A model generated the notes under the pieces. It had not been told where the DNA came from. It made no database searches and saw only the letters and a program-made list of their open reading frames with translations. A DNA stretch of 64,000 bases from an uncultured Actinomycetota bacterium (GTDB lineage: Bacteria; Actinomycetota; Actinomycetes; Streptosporangiales; Streptosporangiaceae): positions 6,182 to 70,181 of the forward strand of contig CAWFGX010000003.1 in the NCBI GenBank assembly GCA_963815375.1, in the 5' to 3' direction. Position 1 is the first letter of the stretch. Every line of letters starts with the position of its first letter. Of the stretch, positions 55,340 to 64,000 are shown piece after piece. A program made the position numbers and the translations under genes.

Positions 55340-57953
55340 ATGAACGCCGATTCCCGCCGCGGGCTTGACGGCCTTGAGGACAAGTGGACGCGCCGGTGGG
55401 ACGAGGGACGTGTAGTACAAGTTTGACCGGGCCGCTGAACGCGGCAACGTCTACGCGATCGACTCGCCACCGCTGACGGCCAGCGGATCCCTGCACATCG
55501 GGCACGCGTTTTCCTACACCCAGACCGACGTTGTCGCGCGGTTCTGGCGGATGCGCGGCAAGGAAGTCTTCTACCCGGTCGGCTGGGACGACAACGGGCT
55601 GCCAACCGAACGCCGGGCGCAGATGCGCTACGGCGTCCGGTGCGACCCGTCGCTGCCTTATGACCCGCAGTTCACGCCGCCCAAGGCCGGCGGCGGCGCG
55701 CCGGCACGCGGGCAGGTGCCGGTGTCGCGGCGCAACTTCGTCGAGCTGTGCCAGCGGATGACCGAGGCTGACGAGCGGGCTTATGCGGAAGCCTGGCGCC
55801 GCCTCGGCCTGTCAGTGGACTGGTCGATCAGCTACCAGACCATCGACGACCGTTCGCGCGCGATCTCTCAGCGCGCGTTCCTGCGGAACCTGGCCCGGGG
55901 CGAGGCGTACCTGGCGGAGGCGCCGTCGCTGTGGGACGTGACGTTCGGCACCGCCGTCGCCCAGGCCGAACTTCAGGACCGGGACGTCACCGGCAGCTAC
56001 TGCAGGCTCGCGTTCACCGCCGGGGGCGGCACATATGCGGACCCGGCAGTCATCGTCGCGACCACCCGCCCGGAGCTGCTGCCAGCGTGCGTGGCGCTGG
56101 TGGCGCACCCGGACGACGCCAGGTACGCAGCACTGTTCGGAACCACGGTGCGTACTCCGCTGTTCGGCGCCGAGGTTCCGGTGCTCGCGCACCGGCTGGC
56201 CGACCAGGCCAAGGGCACAGGCATCGCGATGGTGTGCACGTTCGGTGACACCACGGACGTGACCTGGTGGCGTGACCTGCGGCTGCCCACCCGGCCAGTG
56301 ATCGGCCGGGACGGCCGGCTGATCAGCGGCCCTCTGCCCTGGCTCGCCAGCGACCATGCGCAGGCTGTTTACTCCGAACTCGCGGGCCTCCCCGTGAAGG
56401 CCGCACGCAAGCGGGTCACCGATCTGCTGCGCACCTCCGGCGATCTTCGCGGCGAGCCAGAGCCGCTGACACATGCGGTGAAGTTCTACGAGAACGGCGA
56501 GGCGCCGCTGGAGATCGTCACCACGCGGCAGTGGTACATCAGGAACGGCTCAGGCGATCCCGCCCTGCGCGAGGTGCTGCTAGGCCGGGGCCAGGAACTC
56601 GACTGGCATCCCCCGCACATGCGAGCCCGCTACGAGGACTGGGTCAATGGCCTGGCGGGCGACTGGCTGGTCAGCAGGCAGCGCTACTCCGGCGTCCCGA
56701 TCCCGCTGTGGTATCCGCTCGGCCCCGACGGCGAGCCGCGTTACGACTCCCCGATCCTCCCGGACGACAGCATGCTGCCGGCCGACCCGGCCGACGAAGT
56801 CCCGTCCGGGTACTCGCGGAGCCAGCGCGGAGAGCCTGGCGGGTTCGCGGCCGACCCCGACGTGATGGACACCTGGGCGACATCGTCGCTCACGCCCGAG
56901 ATCGCCATTGCGGCCAGCGGCACCGATCCTGACGACATGCTCCGCCGGGTGTTCCCGATGGACCTGCGGCCCCAGGCACACGAAATCATCCGGACCTGGC
57001 TGTTCTACACGGTGCTGCGCTCACAGCTGGATTACGGGGTGCTGCCGTGGCGGAACGCGGCGATCTCGGGCTGGATCGTCGACCCGGACCGCAAGAAGAT
57101 GTCCAAATCCAGAGGAAACGTCACCACGCCGGAAAAGCCGCTTCAGGACTACGGCTCCGACGCGGTCCGGTACTGGGCCGCCAGCGCACGCCTCGGCGTG
57201 GACGCGGTCTTCGATGAAGGTCAGCTCAGGGTTGGCCGCCGCCTCGCGGTCAAGATTCTGAACGCTAGCCGGTTCGTGCTCGGCATGCCCGCCGGCGATC
57301 TAGCCCCGGAATCCCCGGAGCCGATCATCGAGCCGCTGGACCGGGCGATGCTGGGCCGGCTGGCCGATGTTGTGCAGCGGTGCACCGACGCGTTCGAGGG
57401 CTACGACTCCGCGCTGGCGCTGGAGCTGACCGAACGGTTCTTCTGGTTCTTCTGCGACGACTACCTGGAGCTGGTCAAGCCACGCGCCTACCGCGGGAGC
57501 GGCCAGGCGGCCAGCGCGTCGGCCGTCGCCGCGCTGCGGCTCGCGCTGAGTGTGCTGCTGCGGCTGTTCGCGCCGTTCCTGCCGTTCGTCACCGAGGAAG
57601 TCTGGTCCTGGTGGCAGCAGGAGGGCGCGGGGCGGGACGGCTCGTGGAGCGCTGCCGACTCGGTGCACCGCGCCGCGTGGCCAGAGCCGGAGCCACTGCG
57701 CGCCGCAGCCGGGAGTGCCGGCGACGGCCTGCTGGACGCGGCGTCGGACGCGATCGGCGCGGTCCGCAAGGCCAAGTCGCAGGCCCGGCTGCCCATGCGG
57801 GCTCCCGTCGCGAAGCTTGCCGTGACCGCACCCGAGCCGGCCCTGGCCGCGCTGTCCCAGGTGCTGCCGGACGTGAAGGCCGCGGGCGCTGTGGCCGACG
57901 TGAACTTGCGCACCGGTGACTCCGCTGAGGCGGCTTACGAGGTCACGTTCTGA
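55340..57953 (+). pseudogene. valS: Valine--tRNA ligase (actinobacterial/archaeal-like type) with a 1-nt frameshift near codon 25
   Basis: Frame A (55340-55426) encodes MNADSRRGLDGLEDKWTRRWDEGRV.. and then stops. Frame B, open from 55416 after TAG at 55413-55415, encodes YKFDRAAERGNVYAIDSPPLTASGSLHIGHAFSYT... with HIGH, WDDNGLPTE and KMSKS. Deleting one nt around 55412-55416 restores an ORF of about 870 aa. Confidence 0.85.
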
Positions 57954-58069
57954 GGGGGATGGCAGCGTTCGATTCCTTTTGGCGGCGGCCGGGGTCTACC
58001 TGGTGGAAGGCGCGGCCCGGCGGACGGGCCGGTCTCGATCACATGCGCCGAGAAAGAAAGCCGATTGCC

Positions 58070-59062
58070 ATGAGCATCCCCGCCACCATGCGTGCCCTGC
58101 AGCAGACATCCCTCAAGGGCCCGAAGGACATGCGCCTGATCACCGACGTGCCCGTGCCGAGCCCCGGCGCGGGCGAGGTCCTGATCCGCGTCACCGCTGC
58201 CGGCGTCAACTTCGCCGACATCTCGAAGGCTCACGGCACGTTCCGGGACGGGCCGCGGCCACCGTACCTCGCCGGTTTCGAGGCCGCCGGCGAGATCGTC
58301 GCGGTGGGCGAGGCGGTGACCGGCCCGCAGCCGGGGGCCCGCGTCGTCGGCGTCGGAAACGGCGCTTTCGCCGAGTACATGGTGCTGCCCGCGGCCGCGG
58401 CGATGCCAGTGCCCCCCGGCTGGACCGAGCAGCAGGCGCTGGGCCTGGTGGTGAACTGGCCCACCGCGCTGGCCGCACTCAAGCTTCTGGGCGGCGTCAC
58501 CGCTGGGCAGACCGTGCTGGTCCACGCGGCAGCGGGCGCGACCGGCCAGGCAGCGGTCACGATGGCCAAGCATTACGGTGCGACGGTCATCGCCACCGCA
58601 TCGCCGGGCAAGCACGAGACAGTGCTGGCATTGGGCGCCGACCACGTCCTGGACTCCCTCGGCGGCGACATCGCCGCCGAGGTGCTCCGGCTGACCGGCG
58701 GCGCCGGCGCCGACGTGGTGCTGGAGTCGGCGGGCGGCGCCACCTTCGGCGCCAGTCTGGCCGCGGCCAAGCGGGTCACCGGCCGTGTCGTCGTCTATGG
58801 CGTGGCGGGCGGCGAAGCCTCGATCACCAACTGGGAGCTGGTTTACAAGCACCAGGTCCACGTCATCGGCCTGAACATCGGCGTGCTGATCCAGGCCGCG
58901 CCGAAGATCTTCGGCGAGGTCATGGGTGAGCTGTCCGCACTCGTCGCCGACGGCGTGCTGACCCCCGGCCGGCCCACCGCCTGCGATCTGGCCGACGGCC
59001 CGAAAACACTCGCGGAACTGGAAGCCAGGGCCACCGTCGGCAAACTGGCCCTGCTGCCCTGA
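58070..59062 (+). CDS. NADPH:quinone oxidoreductase / zinc-type alcohol dehydrogenase superfamily (MDR) protein
   Basis: MRALQQ...GEVLIRVTAAGVNFAD and AAGATGQAAV Rossmann motif. I chose the start at MSIPATM. The maximal ORF begins at 57959. Confidence 0.85.
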   Translation: MSIPATMRALQQTSLKGPKDMRLITDVPVPSPGAGEVLIRVTAAGVNFADISKAHGTFRDGPRPPYLAGFEAAGEIVAVGEAVTGPQPGARVVGVGNGAFAEYMVLPAAAAMPVPPGWTEQQALGLVVNWPTALAALKLLGGVTAGQTVLVHAAAGATGQAAVTMAKHYGATVIATASPGKHETVLALGADHVLDSLGGDIAAEVLRLTGGAGADVVLESAGGATFGASLAAAKRVTGRVVVYGVAGGEASITNWELVYKHQVHVIGLNIGVLIQAAPKIFGEVMGELSALVADGVLTPGRPTACDLADGPKTLAELEARATVGKLALLP

Positions 59063-59068
59063 CAGGAG

Positions 59069-59419
59069 TTGAAACAGATGACCGCAACCATGGACCCGGC
59101 CGCCAGGCAGATGGCGCGATTCGTCGTGATGTACGACACGCCCTCCGACGTCGAGGCGTTCGAACGTCACTACAACGACGTTCACATCCCGTTGGCGAAA
59201 CAGTTTGCGGGCCTGCGTCGTTACACGCGCAGTCATGAGCCGGCCGCCGTGATCGGCGAGCCGTGCTACATGGTCGTGATGCTGGACTGGGACGACATGG
59301 CCGCGCTGGAAGCCGCGCTCGGGTCCGAGATCGGTCAGCGCACCGCCGAGGATGCCACCGCGAACCTGGCCCGCTACGCGACCTTCCGCGGCCTGATCCT
59401 GCAGCTAGACGAGGTCTGA
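59069..59419 (+). CDS. EthD-family reductase (TIGR02118-like)
   Basis: FVVMYDTPSDVEAFERHYNDVHIPLAKQFAGLRRY is typical of EthD. An alternative start is at MARFVV. Confidence 0.75.
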   Translation: MKQMTATMDPAARQMARFVVMYDTPSDVEAFERHYNDVHIPLAKQFAGLRRYTRSHEPAAVIGEPCYMVVMLDWDDMAALEAALGSEIGQRTAEDATANLARYATFRGLILQLDEV

Positions 59420-59490
59420 TCGCGGACGCCTCGTCGGCGGCATCGCCACGTGGACCACGCCCAGATGTGGTCCGTTACTAGGCTCGCGAC

Positions 59491-60486
59491 GTGACATCGC
59501 ACCCGCGGGCGGCACCGGATGAAGACCGGTTCACCGCCGAGACTGAGCGGTTCCGCCGGGAGCTGCTGGCGCACTGCTACCGCATGGTCGGCTCGGCGCA
59601 CGACGCCGAGGACCTGGTGCAGGAGACCTATCTGCGGGCATGGCGGTCCTACTCCGGATTCGAGGGCCGGGCGTCGGTTCGGTCCTGGCTCTATAAGATC
59701 GCCACCAACGTGTGCCTGACGGCGTTGAAGCCGCGCCCGATCCGGGTGCTGCCCTCGGGTCTGACCGGGCCGTACGACGGACCCGACCGCCCGGCGCGTC
59801 CCGTCCAGCCGGGCGAGGTGTCGTGGCTGGAACCGCTGCCTGATGCGTGGGTCGCCCCGCCCGCCGACGATCCGGCCGCGGTGGTGGTCGAGCGCGAGTC
59901 GCTGCGGCTGGCGCTCATCGCCAGCCTGCAGTACCTGCCTGCCCGCCAGCGCGCGATCCTCATCCTGCGCGAAGTGCTGGGGTTCTCCGCCGCCGAGACC
60001 GCGGAGATCCTCGCCACCACCACCGCGGCGGTCAAGAGCGGTCTGCAGCGCGCCCGCGCCCGGCTGGACGAATTGGAGCCGGAGCCCGGGGAACTCCTCG
60101 AACCGACCGACCAGCGGGCACGCGCGCTGCTCGACGGCTACATCGCGGCCTTCGAGCACTCCGACGCCGACCTGCTGGAACAGGTGCTGCGCACGGACGC
60201 CACGCTGGAGGCGACGCCATTCCGCGACTGGCAGGCGGGCCGGGCGATGTGCATCCACATGCTGGACGCGTACGTCCTGGGCACACCGGGCGATTGGCGG
60301 ATGATCGCGACCACCGCCAACGGGCAACCCGCCGCCGTCGTGTACCACCGGGACTCCGGCGGCGCGCTCCGAGCCGACGGCGCGGTGGTGCTGGCCGCCA
60401 CGGCCACCGGCGTCTCCCGCGTGATCAAGTTCCACGATCCCGCGCTGGTCGCGGCGTTCGGCTTCCCGGCCGCGCTCGCGCACTGA
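59491..60486 (+). CDS. ECF-type sigma-70 factor with a fused C-terminal SnoaL/NTF2-like domain (ECF41/TIGR02960-like)
   Basis: Region 2 (LLAHCYRMVGSAHDAEDLVQETYLRAW); region 4 (LPARQRAILILREVLGFSAAETAEILATTTAAVKSGLQRAR); then about 140 aa that look SnoaL-like. Confidence 0.85.
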   Translation: MTSHPRAAPDEDRFTAETERFRRELLAHCYRMVGSAHDAEDLVQETYLRAWRSYSGFEGRASVRSWLYKIATNVCLTALKPRPIRVLPSGLTGPYDGPDRPARPVQPGEVSWLEPLPDAWVAPPADDPAAVVVERESLRLALIASLQYLPARQRAILILREVLGFSAAETAEILATTTAAVKSGLQRARARLDELEPEPGELLEPTDQRARALLDGYIAAFEHSDADLLEQVLRTDATLEATPFRDWQAGRAMCIHMLDAYVLGTPGDWRMIATTANGQPAAVVYHRDSGGALRADGAVVLAATATGVSRVIKFHDPALVAAFGFPAALAH

Positions 60487-60596
60487 CCCGCCCATGGGTA
60501 CGGCCGGAGTTCGACAGCCGCTGCCCGGCGATGATTCCAGAGGTCGGGGTACGTCTACCTTGCAGCGACGTCACCTATGAGAAGGGATCGGGCGCT

Positions 60597-61301
60597 ATGG
60601 TGCGACCGCAGTACGACCACCTGTGGGCCCTGGCTCACGCCGAGCGCGCGGCGCTGGCCGAAGATCTAGCAGACCTCGGCGCCGAGCAATGGCGGCATGA
60701 CACCCTGTGCGGGGAATGGGACGTCGAGCAGGTCATCGCCCACCTAACCGCTGCGGCGAGCCTCAACCAGTGGCGGTGGCTGCGGAGTATGCTCGGCGCG
60801 CGTTTCCGCCCGGATGTGCACAACCAGCGGCGGCTGGCCGAGCACTGCGGCAGCACCCCCGCTGAGACGCTTGACCGGTTTCGCGCCGTCATCACCAGCA
60901 CTACCGCACCCTCATGGCACACCCCGGCCTACCTCGGCGAGGTCGTTGTGCATGCCCAGGACATCCGCCAGCCGCTGGGGCTTGCGCAGACACCGGGCAT
61001 CGACGCGCTGACGCCCGTGGCCGACTTCTTCGCCCAGCGCGACTTCACCGTTGCCAGCCGTACCCATGCAGCCGGCCTGCAGCTGCGGGCAGACGACGGG
61101 CCGTTTGCCACCGGCACCGGTCCCCTGGTCACCGGATCGACCCTCGCGCTCGTGATGAGCATGGCTGGCCGCGCATCGTACTTGGCCGAGCTTGACGGCC
61201 CAGGTCTGTCAACCCTGCGGTCACGTCTTCAGGCCACCGCCGCGTCAACCGCCGCTGCCCGCGGGACGCTCAGTGGACGGCCGGCCAACGGACGTTCGTA
61301 A
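60597..61301 (+). CDS. MDMPI/DinB-like mycothiol-dependent enzyme family protein
   Basis: WRHDTLCGEWDVEQVIAHLT N-terminal motif. It is the 3' part of the artefactual 484-aa ORF 59847..61301. Confidence 0.7.
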   Translation: MVRPQYDHLWALAHAERAALAEDLADLGAEQWRHDTLCGEWDVEQVIAHLTAAASLNQWRWLRSMLGARFRPDVHNQRRLAEHCGSTPAETLDRFRAVITSTTAPSWHTPAYLGEVVVHAQDIRQPLGLAQTPGIDALTPVADFFAQRDFTVASRTHAAGLQLRADDGPFATGTGPLVTGSTLALVMSMAGRASYLAELDGPGLSTLRSRLQATAASTAAARGTLSGRPANGRS

Positions 61302-61362
61302 CGCCGCGGAGGCGTCCCAGCCAGCCCATAACGAAATGACACCGTCGTACTAGGCTGCGCGG

Positions 61363-62154
61363 GTGGCAACGGTCGTCGCGTTTCATGCTCATGCTGACGA
61401 CGTGGTGCTGCTGACTGGCGGGACGATCGCCTGGCTCGCCGGCGAGGGACATCGGGTAATCATCGTCGCGGCCTGCGACGGCGTGTGGGCCGGCCAGGCC
61501 GCCCAGCAGATGAAGGAGCTACGGGCCAGCGCTGCGATCCTGGGCGCTCAGGACGTCGTTCATCTGGGCTATGCGGATAGCGGGCACGGGCCAGTCCTTT
61601 TCGAAGACCCGCCAGGCAGGACCCGGTTCGCGCGCGCCGATCTTGAGGAGGCGGCGGAGAAGCTGGCTGTCCTGCTGACCGCCGAGCAGGCGGATCTGCT
61701 GCTGAGCTACGACCCGCAAGCCGGCAACGGCCTTCGCGACCATGTACGGGTACACGAGGTCGGTGCGCGGGCGGCCGGGCTGGCCGGAGTGCGAGTTGCG
61801 GAAGCGACGATGCCGCGGGAGCTGATCGCCCGGTTCGCGCGGTTGCTTCTTGCATTTCGCCTGCTGACTCGCCACCGTCTCGATGAGATGCGCGGGTACG
61901 GCACGCCGCAGTCGGCGATCACGCACCGGGTCAACGTTCGCCGCTATGCGGCCCAAAAGCGAGCGGCCCTGACGGTGCACCGGGCTCCGCTTTCCGGCGC
62001 GGGAAGAGCAGCCAGGCTGCACCGTGTGCTGACCAAGTCGCCCCTGCCGGTATTCCAGGTTGTCTGCGGCACGGAATGGTTCGCTGAACCAGGGGGATGG
62101 ACGGGCGAACTCGTCGCCCGCGATCTGACGACTGGGTTTCGCCACCCGGACTAG
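61363..62154 (+). CDS. PIG-L/LmbE-family deacetylase
   Basis: VVAFHAHADDVVLLTGGTI... resembles the AHPDDE-type motif, with H/D residues further on (GYADSGH). GTG start. Confidence 0.7.
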   Translation: MATVVAFHAHADDVVLLTGGTIAWLAGEGHRVIIVAACDGVWAGQAAQQMKELRASAAILGAQDVVHLGYADSGHGPVLFEDPPGRTRFARADLEEAAEKLAVLLTAEQADLLLSYDPQAGNGLRDHVRVHEVGARAAGLAGVRVAEATMPRELIARFARLLLAFRLLTRHRLDEMRGYGTPQSAITHRVNVRRYAAQKRAALTVHRAPLSGAGRAARLHRVLTKSPLPVFQVVCGTEWFAEPGGWTGELVARDLTTGFRHPD

Positions 62155-62223
62155 CTGGGACGCTGCGGTGCCTGAGTCGCTGGATGCTGGTCGTCGCCGT
62201 CGCCTGATGGGAGACTATCTGGT

Positions 62224-62832
62224 GTGCTTACGGACGTGGATGCGGCTCGTCGGGTGCAGCGGTGTCTGCGGGCGGATGAGCGACTGCTGTGGACTGGGCA
62301 TCCCGACCCGCGAGTCTGGTTCACGCCAGGCGACGTTCTCGCAATTCCCTCGAGTATTTTGTGGCTGGCGTTTGCGTTCGAGGTGGAGCGCTTCGGTGCA
62401 AGGACCGGCGGTGGCCCCGGCGTCGCGGTATTCGCTGGCATAGTTGGGATAATTGGTCTGTATTTTCTGGTGGGACGCTTCTTCTACAAGAGGTACCGCA
62501 AGAAGCGGACCACTTACGTGATTACATCGTCGCGCGCATTAGTCGTAACGCTCGGCGGCATCTTCGCGGAGGTGCCGCTGTCATGGCGGCCCGTCAAGCT
62601 CAGTCACTCACGGGATGGTCAGCACGCGACTGCCGCCTTCGGATTCAGGGCGGGGATTTCGCCAGTTGAGAGGTTTAGAGGCTTGGTCAGCGGCAGCCGC
62701 TGGGCGTACGCCAACACCGGGCTAGATTTCATGCCTGGAGCACGCGGCGCGCCCGTCGCTTTCTACGACGTCCCGGATCCAGGAGGAATGGTGACGGCCC
62801 TCGGCCTGGCCGGCGCCCAGGTGAGGGCCTAG
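62224..62832 (+). CDS. Two-TM membrane protein, possibly bacterial PH-like (YdbS/T-type)
   Basis: ERLLWTGHP is followed by two hydrophobic helices and a basic KRYRKKR stop-transfer. Local GC is lower than in the neighbouring genes. Confidence 0.45.
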   Translation: MLTDVDAARRVQRCLRADERLLWTGHPDPRVWFTPGDVLAIPSSILWLAFAFEVERFGARTGGGPGVAVFAGIVGIIGLYFLVGRFFYKRYRKKRTTYVITSSRALVVTLGGIFAEVPLSWRPVKLSHSRDGQHATAAFGFRAGISPVERFRGLVSGSRWAYANTGLDFMPGARGAPVAFYDVPDPGGMVTALGLAGAQVRA

Positions 62833-62892
62833 TGTCATACGCCCAAGCCAGAAATATCGTTGCCGTTAGCGAGCCGAGGGTACCGCTGCCAG

Positions 62893-64000
62893 TCAGGACC
62901 GCGGGCCTGCGCCAAGCTTTGCGCGGAGTGCGTCGGCGTCCGGCTGATGGAGGTCGTCGAAAATGACAAGCGCCTGCTCCCATGGGTCGCGGGCCCGTTC
63001 CAGTTCGCCCGCGGCCAGATAGGCATCGCCGAGATGGACGAGGATCTCCGCCTCGCTGAAGCGGTCGCCAAGTTCGCGCAGAATGGCTAGGGCCCGCTGA
63101 TAGCAGCCGGCAGCCTCGTAATGGCGGCCGAGCTGGTGTTCGGCGTAGCCAAGGCTGTCCCAGCTGGCAGCCTCGCCAGTGCGGTTGCCTAGCTCGCTGT
63201 TCATGGCCAGAGCCTGGCGGCACAGGGGCCGGGCTTGCCCGGGATGGGCGAGCAGCAGATGACCCCAGCCCATCGAGTTCAGGGCGTCCGCCTCGCCGTA
63301 CCGGTCGCCGGCGGCCTGGTAGAGGGCGAACGCTTGCTGCGCGTGACGGAGAACCTCGGCCAGGCTGCCCTGGCGCTCGACTACCCAGCCCAGGGTCAGG
63401 TGCACGCGGGCCTCGCCGACGCGGTCTTCCAGATCCCGGTACAACCTCACCGACGTCGCCAGATGATCTGCGGCCTGATCGTAGTCGCCGAGCCGGGCGC
63501 AGGCGTAGCCGATGCTCCGGCGGGCCGAGGCCTGCCCCGCCCTGTTGCCGATGCGAGTGGCGGCCTCCAGCGCTGAGCGCTGGCAGGCGACCCATTCATG
63601 CCAGTGTCCGCGCCGGAACAAGAAGTCCGACAAGGCCCAGGACAGCTGCCATGCGAAGGCATCGAAGCCAGCCTGCGAGGCGACGGTCAGGGCTGCGGCC
63701 AGGACGTGATGCTCGGCCTCGAACCACGCCAGCGCCGCACCGCGGTCGTTAATGTCTTCCTGCGTGACCCCGGACCGGGCTTGCTCGAGCGTCAGCTCGC
63801 CGCGCTGGGGCTGCACGAGCACACTGGCGGCGTGAGCAGAGTGCAGGTAATGGCTGAGCATCCGGGCGACGGCCTCCCGGCGAGCTTGATCACTGTCGGC
63901 CGCCAGAGCCTGGTCGCGAGCATAGGCGCGCAGCAGGTCGTGGAAGGCGAACCGGCCCCGGACGTGCTCGGTGATGAGGCTAGCGGCAGCTAGCTCGGCC
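62893..64000 (-). CDS. TPR-repeat C-terminal part of a large NB-ARC/AfsR-like regulator, 5' end outside the window
   Basis: The frame stays open to nt 64000 (…ITEHVRGRFAFHDLLRAYARD…). It has repeated TPR-like units (GDYDQAADHL, GDRYGEADALNSMGW, GRHYEAAGCYQRAL). Confidence 0.75.
   Translation of the reverse strand, partial: AELAAASLITEHVRGRFAFHDLLRAYARDQALAADSDQARREAVARMLSHYLHSAHAASVLVQPQRGELTLEQARSGVTQEDINDRGAALAWFEAEHHVLAAALTVASQAGFDAFAWQLSWALSDFLFRRGHWHEWVACQRSALEAATRIGNRAGQASARRSIGYACARLGDYDQAADHLATSVRLYRDLEDRVGEARVHLTLGWVVERQGSLAEVLRHAQQAFALYQAAGDRYGEADALNSMGWGHLLLAHPGQARPLCRQALAMNSELGNRTGEAASWDSLGYAEHQLGRHYEAAGCYQRALAILRELGDRFSEAEILVHLGDAYLAAGELERARDPWEQALVIFDDLHQPDADALRAKLGAGPRS

Noticed and set aside
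54313-55605. A 430-aa minus-strand ORF bridging the end of the 899-aa gene and the valS 5' region.
   Set aside because: It is antisense to two well-supported + strand genes, Ser/Arg/Ala/Pro-rich and without motifs. It is an antisense artefact.
59847-61301. A 484-aa ORF spanning the sigma-factor gene and the next gene.
   Set aside because: Its first 250 codons are an out-of-frame, Arg/Pro-rich read-through over the sigma-factor gene. Only the part from ATG 60597 (MVRPQYDHLWAL...) has a recognisable DinB/MDMPI fold.

Overview
Visibly GC-rich window (roughly 70% by eye), almost certainly an actinobacterial chromosome. Supporting signs are three mycothiol-type MDMPI/DinB paralogues, LLM/F420-type oxidoreductases, a LAL-type LuxR regulator, an ECF sigma factor with a fused SnoaL-like domain, a solitary BioY and an actinobacterial-type ValRS. 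About 60 protein-coding genes are densely packed on both strands. Many six-frame ORFs are stop-poor antisense artefacts and are not called. I saw no rRNA, tRNA, CRISPR array or intact mobile element. Recognisable modules: a ClpC-like unfoldase; a five-gene Liv-type branched-chain amino-acid ABC importer (16320-21254, minus); a YtrA-type GntR/ABC-ATPase/ABC-2 permease operon; an FtsX-type ABC exporter next to a NarL-type two-component system; an S53 peptidase; a MazF-type toxin-antitoxin pair; and scattered redox and hydrolase genes. Items worth follow-up: (1) an overlapping minus-strand cassette of a minimal nucleotidyltransferase, a 4-TM protein and an unknown protein (2297-4322); (2) a 14-TM MFS transporter fused in frame to a complete TetR regulator, with a nested palindrome in its promoter (30484-32653); (3) a translationally coupled SWIM zinc-finger gene and 899-aa helical-protein gene just downstream of the mazEF-like pair, without the AAA/VWA partners I recall for this family (51186-55276); (4) valS interrupted by a 1-nt frameshift near its 5' end (about 55412-55416); (5) a roughly 620-nt array of 24-nt (octapeptide PLPQRGxE) repeats in or ahead of a CbiX-type chelatase gene; (6) a J-domain ORF whose 3' end looks like the tail of a large serine recombinase, followed by an AT-rich scar. 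All family assignments come from reading motifs in the translations. No database search was run.
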